Positions 30,874-40,916 of a stretch of 64,000 nt of DNA are shown one piece after another. Location of the stretch: assembly GCA_030151725.1 (NCBI GenBank), contig JASLDD010000113.1, forward strand, positions 5,213-69,212, in the 5' to 3' direction. Source of the DNA: Solirubrobacteraceae bacterium. Lineage in GTDB: Bacteria; Actinomycetota; Thermoleophilia; Solirubrobacterales; Solirubrobacteraceae. The first letter of the stretch is position 1. Each line of letters opens with the position of its first letter. The notes under the pieces are model-generated. The model searched no databases, had not been told where the DNA came from, and saw only the letters and a program-made list of their open reading frames with translations. The translations under genes were made by a program, and so were the position numbers.

Positions 30874-31861
30874 GAGCGCATCATTGCCGAGAGCCGCAGA
30901 GGGAGCCGTGCCACAGCTCACGGTGGCGGTTCTCTCCTACGACGGTCGCCATCTGCTCGAGACGTTCCTGCCATCGCTGGCTAGCCAGAGCTTCAGGGAC
31001 TTCGAGGTGGTCGTCGTAGACAACGGCTCGCGCGACGACACAGTGACGTGGTTGGCGGAGAACTGGCCGCAGGCGCAGGTGATCTCGCTGCCCGAGAACA
31101 TCGGCGTGACAGGCGCGCTGAACGTGTGCGCGCACGCGGGCCATGGCGAGCTGCTGGCTTTGTTCAACAACGACATGGAGCTCGAGCCACACTGCCTAGG
31201 CGAGCTGGTGGCGGCGCTTCAGGAGCACCCGGAGGCGGGCTGGGCAGCGGCCAAGCTGCGCGACTTCGAGCAGCGAGACCTGCTGGACGGAGCGGGCGAT
31301 GTGTTCACGTGGGCGGCCACGGGCGGGCGGCGCGGACATGGGGAGCGCGACGACGGCCAGTACGACACGGCGGGGGAGATCTTCGGAGCGTGCGGCGGCG
31401 CGGCGCTGTATCGGCGCTCGGTGCTGCGGCTGGTGGGGGACTTCGACGAGGACTTCTTTGCTTTCTACGAGGACGTCGACTGGAACCTGCGCGCGCAGCT
31501 GGCGGGCTTCAGCTGCCGGTATGTGCCCACCGCAGTGGCCTACCACATGGGCAGCGCCACGATCGGACGTGGCCTCTCAGACTTCACCCGCTACCACCTG
31601 TGGCGCAACACGCTGTGGATCATTGCCAAGGACATCCCCGCAGGCGCGCTCCTGCGCCACGCCCCCCAACTCGTGCTCGGGCAGCTGCTCAACCTGGCGG
31701 TGGCGATACGCGACCGCAAGCTCGGCATCTGGCTGCGCGTGTGGCGCGACGCCCTGCGAGGGCTGCCGCGAGTGCTGCGCAAGCGTCGCCAAGTACAGAC
31801 GCGCAGACGGATCGGGGCAGCCGCGCTGGAGGCAGTCGTGGGACCAGATGTGGGTCCGTGA
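30872..31861 (+). CDS. Glycosyltransferase family 2
   Basis: VVDNGSRD, LFNND, FGACGGAALY, FYEDVDW. Start at 30872 or GTG 30908. Confidence 0.88.
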   Translation: MSASLPRAAEGAVPQLTVAVLSYDGRHLLETFLPSLASQSFRDFEVVVVDNGSRDDTVTWLAENWPQAQVISLPENIGVTGALNVCAHAGHGELLALFNNDMELEPHCLGELVAALQEHPEAGWAAAKLRDFEQRDLLDGAGDVFTWAATGGRRGHGERDDGQYDTAGEIFGACGGAALYRRSVLRLVGDFDEDFFAFYEDVDWNLRAQLAGFSCRYVPTAVAYHMGSATIGRGLSDFTRYHLWRNTLWIIAKDIPAGALLRHAPQLVLGQLLNLAVAIRDRKLGIWLRVWRDALRGLPRVLRKRRQVQTRRRIGAAALEAVVGPDVGP

Positions 31862-31903
31862 GCTTCCGAGTCCACACCCACATACCTACTCCGCCAACGT
31901 GAG

Positions 31904-32812
31904 TCAGGCGTCCTTGACGAGCAGCAGGGTGAGCGCCGCGCCGTAGCCGCGCCGGGCTTCCAGTGGCACCAACGCCGCCGTGATGGCCTGCGCTGTGCGG
32001 ATGACAACGGCAGAGCTGTCTGAGCGCGCGGGGCGGCGGCGCAGGGCCCAGGCCCATCCGTGCAGGCTGCAGACCCTGCCGAAGGGATCGCCGGTGGTGG
32101 ACTCGAGCAGCCGCATGCCCAGGGAACGCAGCTTCGCCACAAGCGCCTGCTCGGGCATCAGGCACAGGTGCCGGGGCGCGTCGAGGTGCGCCCAGCGAGC
32201 GCGCAGGAGCCGGAACTGCAGCGAGCTCGGGTTGGGCACGCCCACCGCGAGCACGCCGCCGGGCTGCAGGCCCTCGGCGGCGGCCTGCAGCATCTCGGCG
32301 GGATCGCGCAGGTGCTCGAGCACGTGCCACATGGCGATGGCGCGGGCCGGAGGCAGAGCCCGCAGCTCGGCGACCGGCTGATCGCTGCAGATGGCCCTGA
32401 TCCCAAGACCGTCCTGCATGTACTCACAGCACTGCCGGTCCATCTCGATCGCCGTCACCTCGAACCCCTGCTGCTTGGCCGCCGCGCTGAAGCCGCCGGG
32501 GCCGGCCCCGATGTCGATCAGGGGACCTGGCTCGACGTGGCTGCGCAGGCGCTCAGCCCGCCAGGACTCGACCTCCTCGAGGGTTACGTTCTGCGTCCAC
32601 TCGGGCTGGCCGTTGTCATCGAAGCGGTGGTAGTCGCCCACGTAGTAGCGCGCCAAGTCGTCGGGCACGTCCACCATGAACACGGTCCCGCAGGCGCTGC
32701 AGCGGTTGTAGGCGAAGGACTCCGAGGTGCTTTCCCGATTGCGATCCCCTGCCGTGAGCGCGGGGCTCGAGCCGGCGCCGCAGAGTGGGCACGATCGCTC
32801 GTCGGCGGTCAT
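31904..32812 (-). CDS. Class I SAM methyltransferase with N-terminal Cys pairs (probable sugar O-methyltransferase)
   Basis: CPLCG...CSACG, LIDIGAGPG, MWHVLEH, LDAPRHL. Confidence 0.82.
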   Translation of the reverse strand: MTADERSCPLCGAGSSPALTAGDRNRESTSESFAYNRCSACGTVFMVDVPDDLARYYVGDYHRFDDNGQPEWTQNVTLEEVESWRAERLRSHVEPGPLIDIGAGPGGFSAAAKQQGFEVTAIEMDRQCCEYMQDGLGIRAICSDQPVAELRALPPARAIAMWHVLEHLRDPAEMLQAAAEGLQPGGVLAVGVPNPSSLQFRLLRARWAHLDAPRHLCLMPEQALVAKLRSLGMRLLESTTGDPFGRVCSLHGWAWALRRRPARSDSSAVVIRTAQAITAALVPLEARRGYGAALTLLLVKDA

Positions 32813-32823
32813 TCGCGAGGACC

Positions 32824-34329
32824 CTAGCGAACGCCTTGACCGAGACGCACAGCCAGGATCTCGCGCACCTCGGGGGGAAAGCGCCCGAGCGCCCGCAGGA
32901 TGGCGAAGAAGACGAGGCTCGCAACCAGCACGCCGATCAGCGGATGGACAGGCAGTAACAGCCCTACCGCCAGCGCGACGCCCCCCGCCACGGCGGCCAC
33001 GAGCAGGGTGGACAGCGGCAGGGACACCCGCGGGGAGGCGCGCTTGAGCATCGCCACCTGGCTGATCGCCAGGCCGGCCTCACCGACGAGAGCGCCGAGC
33101 GCGGCCCCGCGGGCGCCGAGAGACGGGGCCAGCGAGAGGGTGAGCACGGCGGATATGGCCAGGGCCATGAGGTTCGCATAGAGCACCTCGCGATAGCGCC
33201 TCTGCATCAGCAGGGGATAGCCACAGGCAACGGCCACGAAGCTCGCGATCAGCGCCGGGCCCTGAATGCGCAGCACCTCGATGGAGGGGTCGGCGCCGGC
33301 GATCAGGTGGATGGCAAAGCCCGCGCCGACCTCCACGCACAGCACCAGCCACGTCCCCGCCAGCAGCGCCAGCTCGAATATGCGCCCGCTGGCGAACTCA
33401 AAGCGCGCTGAGTCCTCGCGCTCGGCACGGGCAAGGATGGGAAAGGCGGCACTGATGACCAGCACGGGGATCGCCACGAGCACTTCTGTGATGCGAAATG
33501 ACGTCGCGAAGTACCCCGTCTGCGTGGCGCCGGAGGTGAGCGACATGACGACCAAGGCAACGCGGAAATAAACGATGTTCACGGCCGCGATCACCGCCCA
33601 GGGCACCGTCTCGCGCAGCAGCCGCCACCAGCGGCCCGCGTGGAAGGACGGCCGCAGAGAGGTGTAGCGGATGACCAGCGGGATGGTGAACAGCAGCGAC
33701 ACACCAGAGGCGGGAATCGCCACGGCGAGCAGCGGCAGCAGGTGCGCGCCCGCCAGAGCCAGGGCGACGAGCAGGCCCACGTTTACGACCTGGCGCAGTA
33801 TTTCCACGGCTGAGACCCAGCCGAAGCGCAGCTGCGCCTGCAGGGTCGTGGAGAGAGTGCTCTGCAGAAGCTGCAGCACGAGGCCGGCGCCCGCCAGGGC
33901 GGTGCCGGCGACCATCGTGGAGCCGTAGCCAGCAGCCGCGGCGAAGGCGACCGCGAACAGCACCCCGGCGAGCGTCACCGTCAGCCTCATGCCGATCGCC
34001 GAGGCCATCATCTCGCGCCTGCGCTCCTCGCCCAGGGTCGCGAATTCGCGCAGCACGATGCTGTTGAGCCCCCCCTCGGTAAAACCGGCGACGATCGTCA
34101 CGAGCGCCACCACGGTGGTGTAGCGCCCGAAGCCGGGGCCGCCGAGGTGTTCGATCAGGACACGGGCCGAGATCAGCGAGAGCAGGATCCCAAGGACGTA
34201 GGAGCCGGTGCGTAGGACGCTGCCGCGTAGCGCCACCCCGCCCGCGGCGCTCGTGTCGAGAAGGTCGGCGGCAGCGCCCTCGCGCTGCTCGCCTGCAGGT
34301 CCGCTCGCCGAGCTGGACGCCACGCTCAC
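32824..34329 (-). CDS. wzx: Oligosaccharide flippase (Wzx/MOP family)
   Basis: About 500 aa, highly hydrophobic; LGGPGFGRY and QTGYFATSFR match the Wzx repeat pattern. GTG start overlaps the upstream stop. Confidence 0.8.
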   Translation of the reverse strand: MSVASSSASGPAGEQREGAAADLLDTSAAGGVALRGSVLRTGSYVLGILLSLISARVLIEHLGGPGFGRYTTVVALVTIVAGFTEGGLNSIVLREFATLGEERRREMMASAIGMRLTVTLAGVLFAVAFAAAAGYGSTMVAGTALAGAGLVLQLLQSTLSTTLQAQLRFGWVSAVEILRQVVNVGLLVALALAGAHLLPLLAVAIPASGVSLLFTIPLVIRYTSLRPSFHAGRWWRLLRETVPWAVIAAVNIVYFRVALVVMSLTSGATQTGYFATSFRITEVLVAIPVLVISAAFPILARAEREDSARFEFASGRIFELALLAGTWLVLCVEVGAGFAIHLIAGADPSIEVLRIQGPALIASFVAVACGYPLLMQRRYREVLYANLMALAISAVLTLSLAPSLGARGAALGALVGEAGLAISQVAMLKRASPRVSLPLSTLLVAAVAGGVALAVGLLLPVHPLIGVLVASLVFFAILRALGRFPPEVREILAVRLGQGVR

Positions 34330-35255
34330 GAGACCCGCTCGCGCCACCAGGCAACCGTGCGCTCGATCCCCTCGGCCAGGCTCACCTGTGACTCGAAGCC
34401 GACCTCTTCGCGAAGCCGCGCGATCTCCGCAACAAGCTGCGCGGGCTCGCTCTCGCGCTGGGCAAGCGCGCCCCACTGCAGAAGCTCCGGGCGTCCCACC
34501 GCCTCACCGGCCAGGGCGAGCAGCTCGCGAATGCTCGTTGGTTGCCCCGAGCCGACGTTCACGGCTCCCTGCACGTCGCTGTCGAGGATCGCCGCAAATG
34601 CGCCGGCCACGTCCTCCACAAACATCAGGTCGCGCACATGCGTTCCCAGCGGCGCACGCGCAGGCTGACCCGCGAGCAGCGATCCGATCACGCTCGCGAG
34701 CAGGCGCCCAGGCCCTTCGGCGGGACCGTAGGGGGTGAAGATGCGCCCCCAGGCGAGCTCGATGCCTGCGCCCGCGGCAAAGCGCTCGGCGACACGGCGG
34801 GTGGCGTCCTTGGCCACGCCATACAGCGTTTCCGGCTCAAGCGGGGCGGTGGCCTCGGCGTAGCGATCGAGCGACCACTGATACTCGGCGCACGTCCCCG
34901 CCATCACGGCCCGCTGCCCGCCGGCGTCCACGAAGCAACGCAGCAACCGCAGCGTCGCCTCGACCCACACGAGATTCTCGGGCGCATGCCAGTAGCGGCC
35001 GTGCTCCACATACCAGGCCATGTGCACGAGGCTCTGGGGCCGCACGGCGCTCACGAGCGCTTGGACAGCCTCGGGGTCTGGGAGGTCGGCGCTGTGCCAC
35101 ACCACGGGGGCGGCGTCCGCGCCGTCGGCTTGTGGCTGAGGCTCCGGCGCCGATGCGCGAGAGACGGCGTGCACCTCGTGGCCGGCTCGCTGGAGGGCCC
35201 GCAGGGTGGGCGCTCCGAGGAAGCCCCCGGCGCCGGTCAGCAGCACACGGCTCAC
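34326..35255 (-). CDS. NAD-dependent epimerase/dehydratase, probable NDP-4-keto-sugar reductase
   Basis: LTGAGGFLG, HMAW, GTCAEY, YGVAK (SDR YxxxK). Confidence 0.85.
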   Translation of the reverse strand: MSRVLLTGAGGFLGAPTLRALQRAGHEVHAVSRASAPEPQPQADGADAAPVVWHSADLPDPEAVQALVSAVRPQSLVHMAWYVEHGRYWHAPENLVWVEATLRLLRCFVDAGGQRAVMAGTCAEYQWSLDRYAEATAPLEPETLYGVAKDATRRVAERFAAGAGIELAWGRIFTPYGPAEGPGRLLASVIGSLLAGQPARAPLGTHVRDLMFVEDVAGAFAAILDSDVQGAVNVGSGQPTSIRELLALAGEAVGRPELLQWGALAQRESEPAQLVAEIARLREEVGFESQVSLAEGIERTVAWWRERVS

Positions 35256-35788
35256 GGCTTGAAGTCCGGGTAGGTGGCGTCGCGCTTGGAGATCGTGCGC
35301 TTGCCGTGGGGGGCGGGCCAGCGGATGGCGAAGGCGGGGTCATCCCAGCGCACTCCGCGCGCGGACTTGGCCACGTATGGCGCGCCCATCTGGTAGAGCA
35401 CCTCGCAGTCGCTGCTCAAGGTCTGAAAGCCGTGAGCGAGCCCTGCAGGGATGTAGAGGGCGAGCCTGTTGGCGGCGCTCAGCTCGACCCCGTGCCAAGC
35501 GCAGTAGGTGGCGGAGTCGGGGCGCAGGTCCACGGCCACGTCGAAGATGGAGCCGCGCACGCTGCGCACGAGCTTTGACTCGCCGTGGGGCTCTGCCTGG
35601 TAGTGCATGCCCCGCAGGGTGTCCCGTTGGGTGTTGAAGGAGGCGTTGCATTGGGCGACGGTGGGATCGAGGCCGCGATCGCGGAACTCGGTGGCGTCGA
35701 AGGTCCGGGCGAACCAGCCACGCTCGTCGCCCAGCTGCTCGAGCTCTATGACCCACACCCCCGACAGCGGCGTGTCGATGAACCGCAT
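35252..35788 (-). CDS. rfbC: NDP-4-keto-6-deoxyglucose 3,5-epimerase (RmlC family)
   Basis: DERGWFARTF, TLRGMHYQ, DVAVDLR, AHGFQTL, RWDDP. Confidence 0.92.
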   Translation of the reverse strand: MRFIDTPLSGVWVIELEQLGDERGWFARTFDATEFRDRGLDPTVAQCNASFNTQRDTLRGMHYQAEPHGESKLVRSVRGSIFDVAVDLRPDSATYCAWHGVELSAANRLALYIPAGLAHGFQTLSSDCEVLYQMGAPYVAKSARGVRWDDPAFAIRWPAPHGKRTISKRDATYPDFKP

Positions 35789-35825
35789 CAGCTCCCCACC
35801 GGACCGGGGTTGGCGGCGGGAGCGC

Positions 35826-37058
35826 TCACGATATGAGCGTCAGCTCCGGCGTGCGCGCGGCAAAGCGCCCGCCCCACTCGCGAATGAAGCTGAGCTGCTC
35901 GACGATCTCGTCCTTGAGGTTCCAGGGGAGGATCAGCACCACGTCGGGGCGCTCCTCGCGGATGGCATCGGGGGAGCGGATAGGGATGTGGCTGCCGGGC
36001 AGGAGGTGATCCTGCTTGTGAGGGTTGAGGTCGCAGGTGTAGTCGATGAAGTCGCGCCCGATGCCGCAGTAGTTGAGCAGCGTGTTGCCCTTGGCGGGAG
36101 CGCCGTAGCCGACGATCGACAGGCCCTGCTCCTTGAGGTCGATCAGGAAGGAGAGGATCTGGCGCTTGTCGCGCTCCACGCGGCGGCCGTAGCCGAGGTA
36201 GGTCTCGAGGCTCTCATAGCCGGCCGCTCGCTCGCGCTCGCGCAGCTCACGAGCGGCGCTCGTTTCGGGCTTGTCGCGATCCTCGGCGTGGGCGCCGTAG
36301 ACGCGCAGCGAGCCGCCGTGCGTGGGCAGCTCCTCGACATCGAACAGACGCAGGCCGTGGGCTTCAAAGACGCGGCTGACGGTGAGGAAGGAGAAGTAGG
36401 AGAAGTGCTCGTGGTAGATGGTGTCCCATTGGTTGTCCTCGATCAGGCGCATCAGGTGAGGGAACTCCATCGTGATGACCCCGTCTGGCGCCAGCAGGAT
36501 CTTCATGCCGGCGACGAAGTCGTTGAGGTGGGGTACGTGGGCGAGCACGTTGTTGCCGAGCAGCAGATCCGCAGCGGACTCCTCGGCAAGCGATTGGGCG
36601 GTTTGCACGCCGAAGAACTCGACCAGCGTGGGAATGCCCTTCTGGAGCGCGACCTTGGCGACGTTGGCGGCCGGCTCGATGCCCAGGACGGGGATCTGGC
36701 GCTCGTGGAAGAACTGCAGCAGATAGCCGTCGTTTGAGGCGATCTCCACGACGTGGCTGCTCTCATCCAGCCCGAGGCGCTCGATCATCTGCTCGGAGTA
36801 GCGGCGGCTGTGCTCGATCCAGCTGGATGAGTAGGACGAGAAGTAGGCGTAGTCGGAGAAGATCGCCTCGGGGGTCTCGAACTCCTCGAGCTGCACCAGG
36901 AAGCACTTGTCGCAGACGAGCGCCCGCAGCGGATAGAAGGGCTCCATGCTGTTGGACGCCTGAGGCGGCAGATACGAGTTGGCGAGCGGCGACATGCCGA
37001 GATCCGCAAACACGGCATCGAGGGGCGCACCACAGAAACGGCAGGGAGTCTGGCTCAT
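35826..37058 (-). CDS. NDP-sugar C3-methyltransferase
   Basis: CRFCG...DLGMSPLAN...CDKC, EIASNDG, NVLAH, DTIYHEH, GYGAPAKGNT. Confidence 0.9.
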   Translation of the reverse strand: MSQTPCRFCGAPLDAVFADLGMSPLANSYLPPQASNSMEPFYPLRALVCDKCFLVQLEEFETPEAIFSDYAYFSSYSSSWIEHSRRYSEQMIERLGLDESSHVVEIASNDGYLLQFFHERQIPVLGIEPAANVAKVALQKGIPTLVEFFGVQTAQSLAEESAADLLLGNNVLAHVPHLNDFVAGMKILLAPDGVITMEFPHLMRLIEDNQWDTIYHEHFSYFSFLTVSRVFEAHGLRLFDVEELPTHGGSLRVYGAHAEDRDKPETSAARELRERERAAGYESLETYLGYGRRVERDKRQILSFLIDLKEQGLSIVGYGAPAKGNTLLNYCGIGRDFIDYTCDLNPHKQDHLLPGSHIPIRSPDAIREERPDVVLILPWNLKDEIVEQLSFIREWGGRFAARTPELTLIS

Positions 37059-38164
37059 GGCGAGGGAGCAGCGTATTGAAAGGACTCGATCTGCCCCAGG
37101 GTCACGGCGCCCATGTCCTCGCCGGCCTGCAGCGAGCGATACCAGTCGACGATGCTCTGGAGGGCTCTGTCCAGGGGCACCAGTGGGCGCCAGCCCAGAC
37201 GGGTGCGTACGCGGGAGGAGTCGAGCTTGAGAAAGCGCGCCTCGTGCGGATGGGGGCCGTCGTCGAGCGTCCAGGCGAGGTCGGAGGACCACAGCTCGGC
37301 CAGGCGCTCGACGATTGCCCCCACGGGTCGGGCGTCCTCGTCGGTGGGTCCGAAGTTCCAGCCGGTGGCGTGCTCGTTTGACTCCCACAGGGCCTGGGCG
37401 AGCACGAGGTAGCCGCTGAGGGGGTTGAGCACGTGCTGCCAGGGGCGCAGCGAGTTGGGGTTGCGCACGCGCACGTCCTCACCGGCCAGCGCCGCAGACA
37501 TGACGTCGGGGACCAGGCGGTCCTCGCCCCAGTCGCCGCCACCGATCACGTTGCCGGCCCTGGCGGATGCCAGCCTGGGGCCGTCGGGGCTTGAGAAGAA
37601 GGAGCGCCTGAAGGCCGACGCGATCAGCTCGGCGCAGCCCTTGGAGCTCGAATAGGGGTCATGGCCGCCCATGGGCTCATCCTCGCGATAGCCCCACTCC
37701 CACTCACGGTTCTCATAGCACTTGTCCGAGGTCACATTCACGATCGCGCGCACACCCGGACCATGCAGGCGCACGGCGTCGAGCACGTTGACGGTGCCCA
37801 TGACGTTCGTCTCATAGGTCTCGCGGGGCTCTGCAAAGGAGCGGCGCACGAGCGACTGGGCGGCCATGTGGATGACGACCTCAGGGTCGGCCTGGGCAAG
37901 CGCGCGGGCGAGGGCGTCGGGGTCGCGCACGTCGCCCTCGATGCTTTGCATGCCATCGGCCACTCGCGCCAGCTCATACAGCGAGGGCTCTGTGGGAACG
38001 CCGTTTGAGAAGCCCACCACGTTGGCCCCGAGCGCCTGCAGCCACAGCGACAGCCACGCGCCCTTGAAGCCGGTGTGGCCCGTCAGGAGCACGCGGCGGC
38101 CCTGCCAGAATGCGGGCTCGACGATCCCGCTGCCGGGCGCGGGGGCGCTGCTTGTCAGGCCCAT
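37055..38164 (-). CDS. rfbG: CDP-glucose 4,6-dehydratase
   Basis: [49 protein letters not shown]. Confidence 0.95.
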   Translation of the reverse strand: MGLTSSAPAPGSGIVEPAFWQGRRVLLTGHTGFKGAWLSLWLQALGANVVGFSNGVPTEPSLYELARVADGMQSIEGDVRDPDALARALAQADPEVVIHMAAQSLVRRSFAEPRETYETNVMGTVNVLDAVRLHGPGVRAIVNVTSDKCYENREWEWGYREDEPMGGHDPYSSSKGCAELIASAFRRSFFSSPDGPRLASARAGNVIGGGDWGEDRLVPDVMSAALAGEDVRVRNPNSLRPWQHVLNPLSGYLVLAQALWESNEHATGWNFGPTDEDARPVGAIVERLAELWSSDLAWTLDDGPHPHEARFLKLDSSRVRTRLGWRPLVPLDRALQSIVDWYRSLQAGEDMGAVTLGQIESFQYAAPSP

Positions 38165-38925
38165 GTTCGCCAGGGCGCCTGCCCGGTCTGCCATAGCTGC
38201 TCGAGATGGTTGCGGTCGCGCAGCGTGTCCATGGCCTGCCAGAAGCCCTCGTGGCGATAGGAGGCGAGTTGGCCTTCGCGCGCCAGCGCCCGCATGGGCT
38301 CCTGCTCCCAGATCGTCGCGTCGTCGTCCAGGAAGCGCGCCACGGAAGGCGAGAGCACGAAGAAGCCGCCGTTGGTCCAGCCGCCGTCGCCGCGCGGCTT
38401 CTCCTCGAACTCGCGCACCCGCGACCCATCCACGTCAAGCGCCCCGAAGCGCCCCGGCGGCTGTACGGCGGTCACGGTGGCGTCTGTTTCCTGCTGGCGG
38501 TGAAAGTCGATCAGGGCGCTCACGTCCACGTCGGCCACGCCGTCGCCGTAGGTGAAGCAGAAGTCCTCCTCACCGAGGTAGTGCAGGACCCGCCGCAGGC
38601 GCCCCCCGGTCATGGTGCCCTCGCCTGTGTCCACGAGGGTCACACGCCATGGCTCGGTCTCAGAGCGATGGACCTCCATGTCTCCGCTTGCCAGGTCGAA
38701 GGTCACGTCGCAAGTGTGCAGGTAGTAGTTGGCGAAGTACTCCTTGATCAGATAGCCCTTGTAGCCGAGGCAGATGACGAACTCGTCGATGCCGTGGGCG
38801 GCGTAGATCTTCATGATGTGCCACAGAATTGGCTTGCCGCCGATTTCCACCATTGGCTTGGGACGCGCGGCGGTCTCCTCGCTCAAACGCGAGCCGAAGC
38901 CACCGGCCAGGATCACGGCCTTCAC
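38155..38925 (-). CDS. rfbF: Glucose-1-phosphate cytidylyltransferase
   Basis: [45 protein letters not shown] start at 38925. Confidence 0.95.
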   Translation of the reverse strand: MKAVILAGGFGSRLSEETAARPKPMVEIGGKPILWHIMKIYAAHGIDEFVICLGYKGYLIKEYFANYYLHTCDVTFDLASGDMEVHRSETEPWRVTLVDTGEGTMTGGRLRRVLHYLGEEDFCFTYGDGVADVDVSALIDFHRQQETDATVTAVQPPGRFGALDVDGSRVREFEEKPRGDGGWTNGGFFVLSPSVARFLDDDATIWEQEPMRALAREGQLASYRHEGFWQAMDTLRDRNHLEQLWQTGQAPWRTWA

Positions 38926-38962
38926 AGCAGCGCAGGGTAGTGGACGGTGCCCCCGGCAGCGC

Positions 38963-40759
38963 TCAGCGTACGGCCGAGCTGCCGAGCACCTGCCCGGATG
39001 CGTCGAGTGCCTGCACGGCGTAGTAGCGATCGGTGCTCTTGAGGGTGATGACGGTCTCAAAGCCGGCAACCGGAGCGGTCACGATCGGGGTGAGGCCGAC
39101 GGGACTCCCCCCACCGATCACCCGCCAGGAGCTGACATTGGTGGCGCCGTTCCAGCTTGCATAGACGGTCACTGTTCCCGACTTGGCTTTGACGGCCACG
39201 CTCGGCGGAGCGGCGGGGGTGGCGCTCCAAGGGAAGCGGAAGGCGCGGTAGGACTGGCCCGGCGATGGAATGTGGCCGTCGAAGAGGATCTGCCCTGTGG
39301 GGCTGAATTCGGTGAAATATGGAGCTTCGCCCCAGCCGACAAACGAGTTTCCGTTCCCCTGCACCTGGTCATCGCCCTGGCTGCCCGCCAGCAGGCCGGG
39401 GGTGCGGACATACCTGGACAGGAGCGTCACCTTGTGGTGGACGCCGTCGATGCGCTCGCGAATTACACGCGATTGAGAGTGCTCTTTGGGAACTGCCCCG
39501 TTGTCGAAGATGGTGAGCGTGTGATCGGGCTGCCAGCGCACGTCGTGCTGATAGGCGGTCCCGGTCCCGGCCCCCATTTTGAAGCTCGAGTGCTTGCCGC
39601 CGATGCGCCACATGACGGCGCCGCTGATGTGGTTGATCTCATAGGCCGCCCAGGTGTTGCGGGAGGAGACGATGAAGTTGCCGTCTCCCCATGTGTCCAT
39701 TGAGATGGAGTTCATGTGGAAGAAGTCCCAGGGCAAGCTCGACGAGTAGGGAAGGTGCGAGTAGGAGTCATTGAGTTCGACGTGACCGTAGGCATGCCAC
39801 TCGAACATCACGAGGCCGGTGGGGATGTCGATCTCCTGCAGCAAGGAATCCTGAAGGTTGCCGTCGCGCGCGCCTCCCACAGAGGAGAGATCGGCGTCCA
39901 CGAGGGAGTAGGCGGTGATGAAGGCCGAGCCCTGAGGCGTGATCTGCAGGTCGTGCAAGTCGGCCTGATAGCCGTTGCCGGCGGAGACGGTGGCGATGTG
40001 TTGGTAGGCAGCGTTGTAGATCTCATCGGTCCCAAATCCGACGCCCAGCGTGGGCGGGATATGCCCCTGCCACCACACGAGCACAGGCTGGCCTTGATAG
40101 CTCTCGACCTGGAAGTTGGCGGCCACATCGCCTGTGGGCAGCGGCAGATACCAGACGAGACCGCCTTGCCCGTTGACGATCATTGGGCCCGACTGACCGA
40201 GACCGTGGGTGGGGGTCAGGAAGACATCGCCGGCGGTTGCAGCAGCCGGCGAGTTGGTCGTGATCGCGACGTTGGGCGGATGGAGGTTGGGTTGGGAGAC
40301 GAAGCTCTGCACGGTCCCTGCTTTGGCGGGCGCCGGCCCGCTGGCCGCCGGAGGCGTGTAGCCGGAGAGGCGTGCCACGTAGAAGGTGCTGCCGACCTGT
40401 TGGGTGTGGCCCTTGGGCCCCACCGTGGCGCTGACCACAACTCGCTCGCCCTGCGCGAACAGGTGAGAGGGAATCAGGCTGGCGCCGGGCGCCGTCATGT
40501 AGCTCTCCAGGCTGCCGCCGTGCCTGCCTGTGCGCGAGCCGACCACCGATATGTGAGTGATCTCGTTGGCGGGAACGCCCAGAAAGCTGATCTGCGTATA
40601 GGGGGAGGCGTCAGGCGTGCCGTTGAGCGGAGAGACCGCCACAGCCAATGCAGCGGCGGAGGTAGAGGGGAGCGCGAGCGCGAGGCCCAGCACCAAAGCC
40701 GCCGCGCCGAGCCAAGAGCGCTGGCGTGTCCTTGCTGTTGGCGCCTCGATAGCCGTCAT
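38963..40759 (-). CDS. Secreted arylsulfotransferase (ASST) family protein, paralogue 1
   Basis: Signal peptide; [39 protein letters not shown]. Confidence 0.85.
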   Translation of the reverse strand: MTAIEAPTARTRQRSWLGAAALVLGLALALPSTSAAALAVAVSPLNGTPDASPYTQISFLGVPANEITHISVVGSRTGRHGGSLESYMTAPGASLIPSHLFAQGERVVVSATVGPKGHTQQVGSTFYVARLSGYTPPAASGPAPAKAGTVQSFVSQPNLHPPNVAITTNSPAAATAGDVFLTPTHGLGQSGPMIVNGQGGLVWYLPLPTGDVAANFQVESYQGQPVLVWWQGHIPPTLGVGFGTDEIYNAAYQHIATVSAGNGYQADLHDLQITPQGSAFITAYSLVDADLSSVGGARDGNLQDSLLQEIDIPTGLVMFEWHAYGHVELNDSYSHLPYSSSLPWDFFHMNSISMDTWGDGNFIVSSRNTWAAYEINHISGAVMWRIGGKHSSFKMGAGTGTAYQHDVRWQPDHTLTIFDNGAVPKEHSQSRVIRERIDGVHHKVTLLSRYVRTPGLLAGSQGDDQVQGNGNSFVGWGEAPYFTEFSPTGQILFDGHIPSPGQSYRAFRFPWSATPAAPPSVAVKAKSGTVTVYASWNGATNVSSWRVIGGGSPVGLTPIVTAPVAGFETVITLKSTDRYYAVQALDASGQVLGSSAVR

Positions 40760-40916
40760 TCTCCCTCTCTCCTACGTTGCCCAAACGCTGACCCCTGCCC
40801 TACCCGGCTAGCGACAACTGCAAATACGCCGTGGTCCTCCTAACACCCTCTACGGCCCTGGGTATCGCGGAGGATGCCTCCCTCACATAAGAATCGGCTT
40901 CAAAAGCAGGCTGGTG

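Noticed and set aside
40875..40905. dif-like half site (TTATGT on the minus strand), also TTATGTC at 42626 and TAATGTCAAG near 51428
   Set aside because: None has a XerC-type arm at the 6-bp spacing, so none is called dif.
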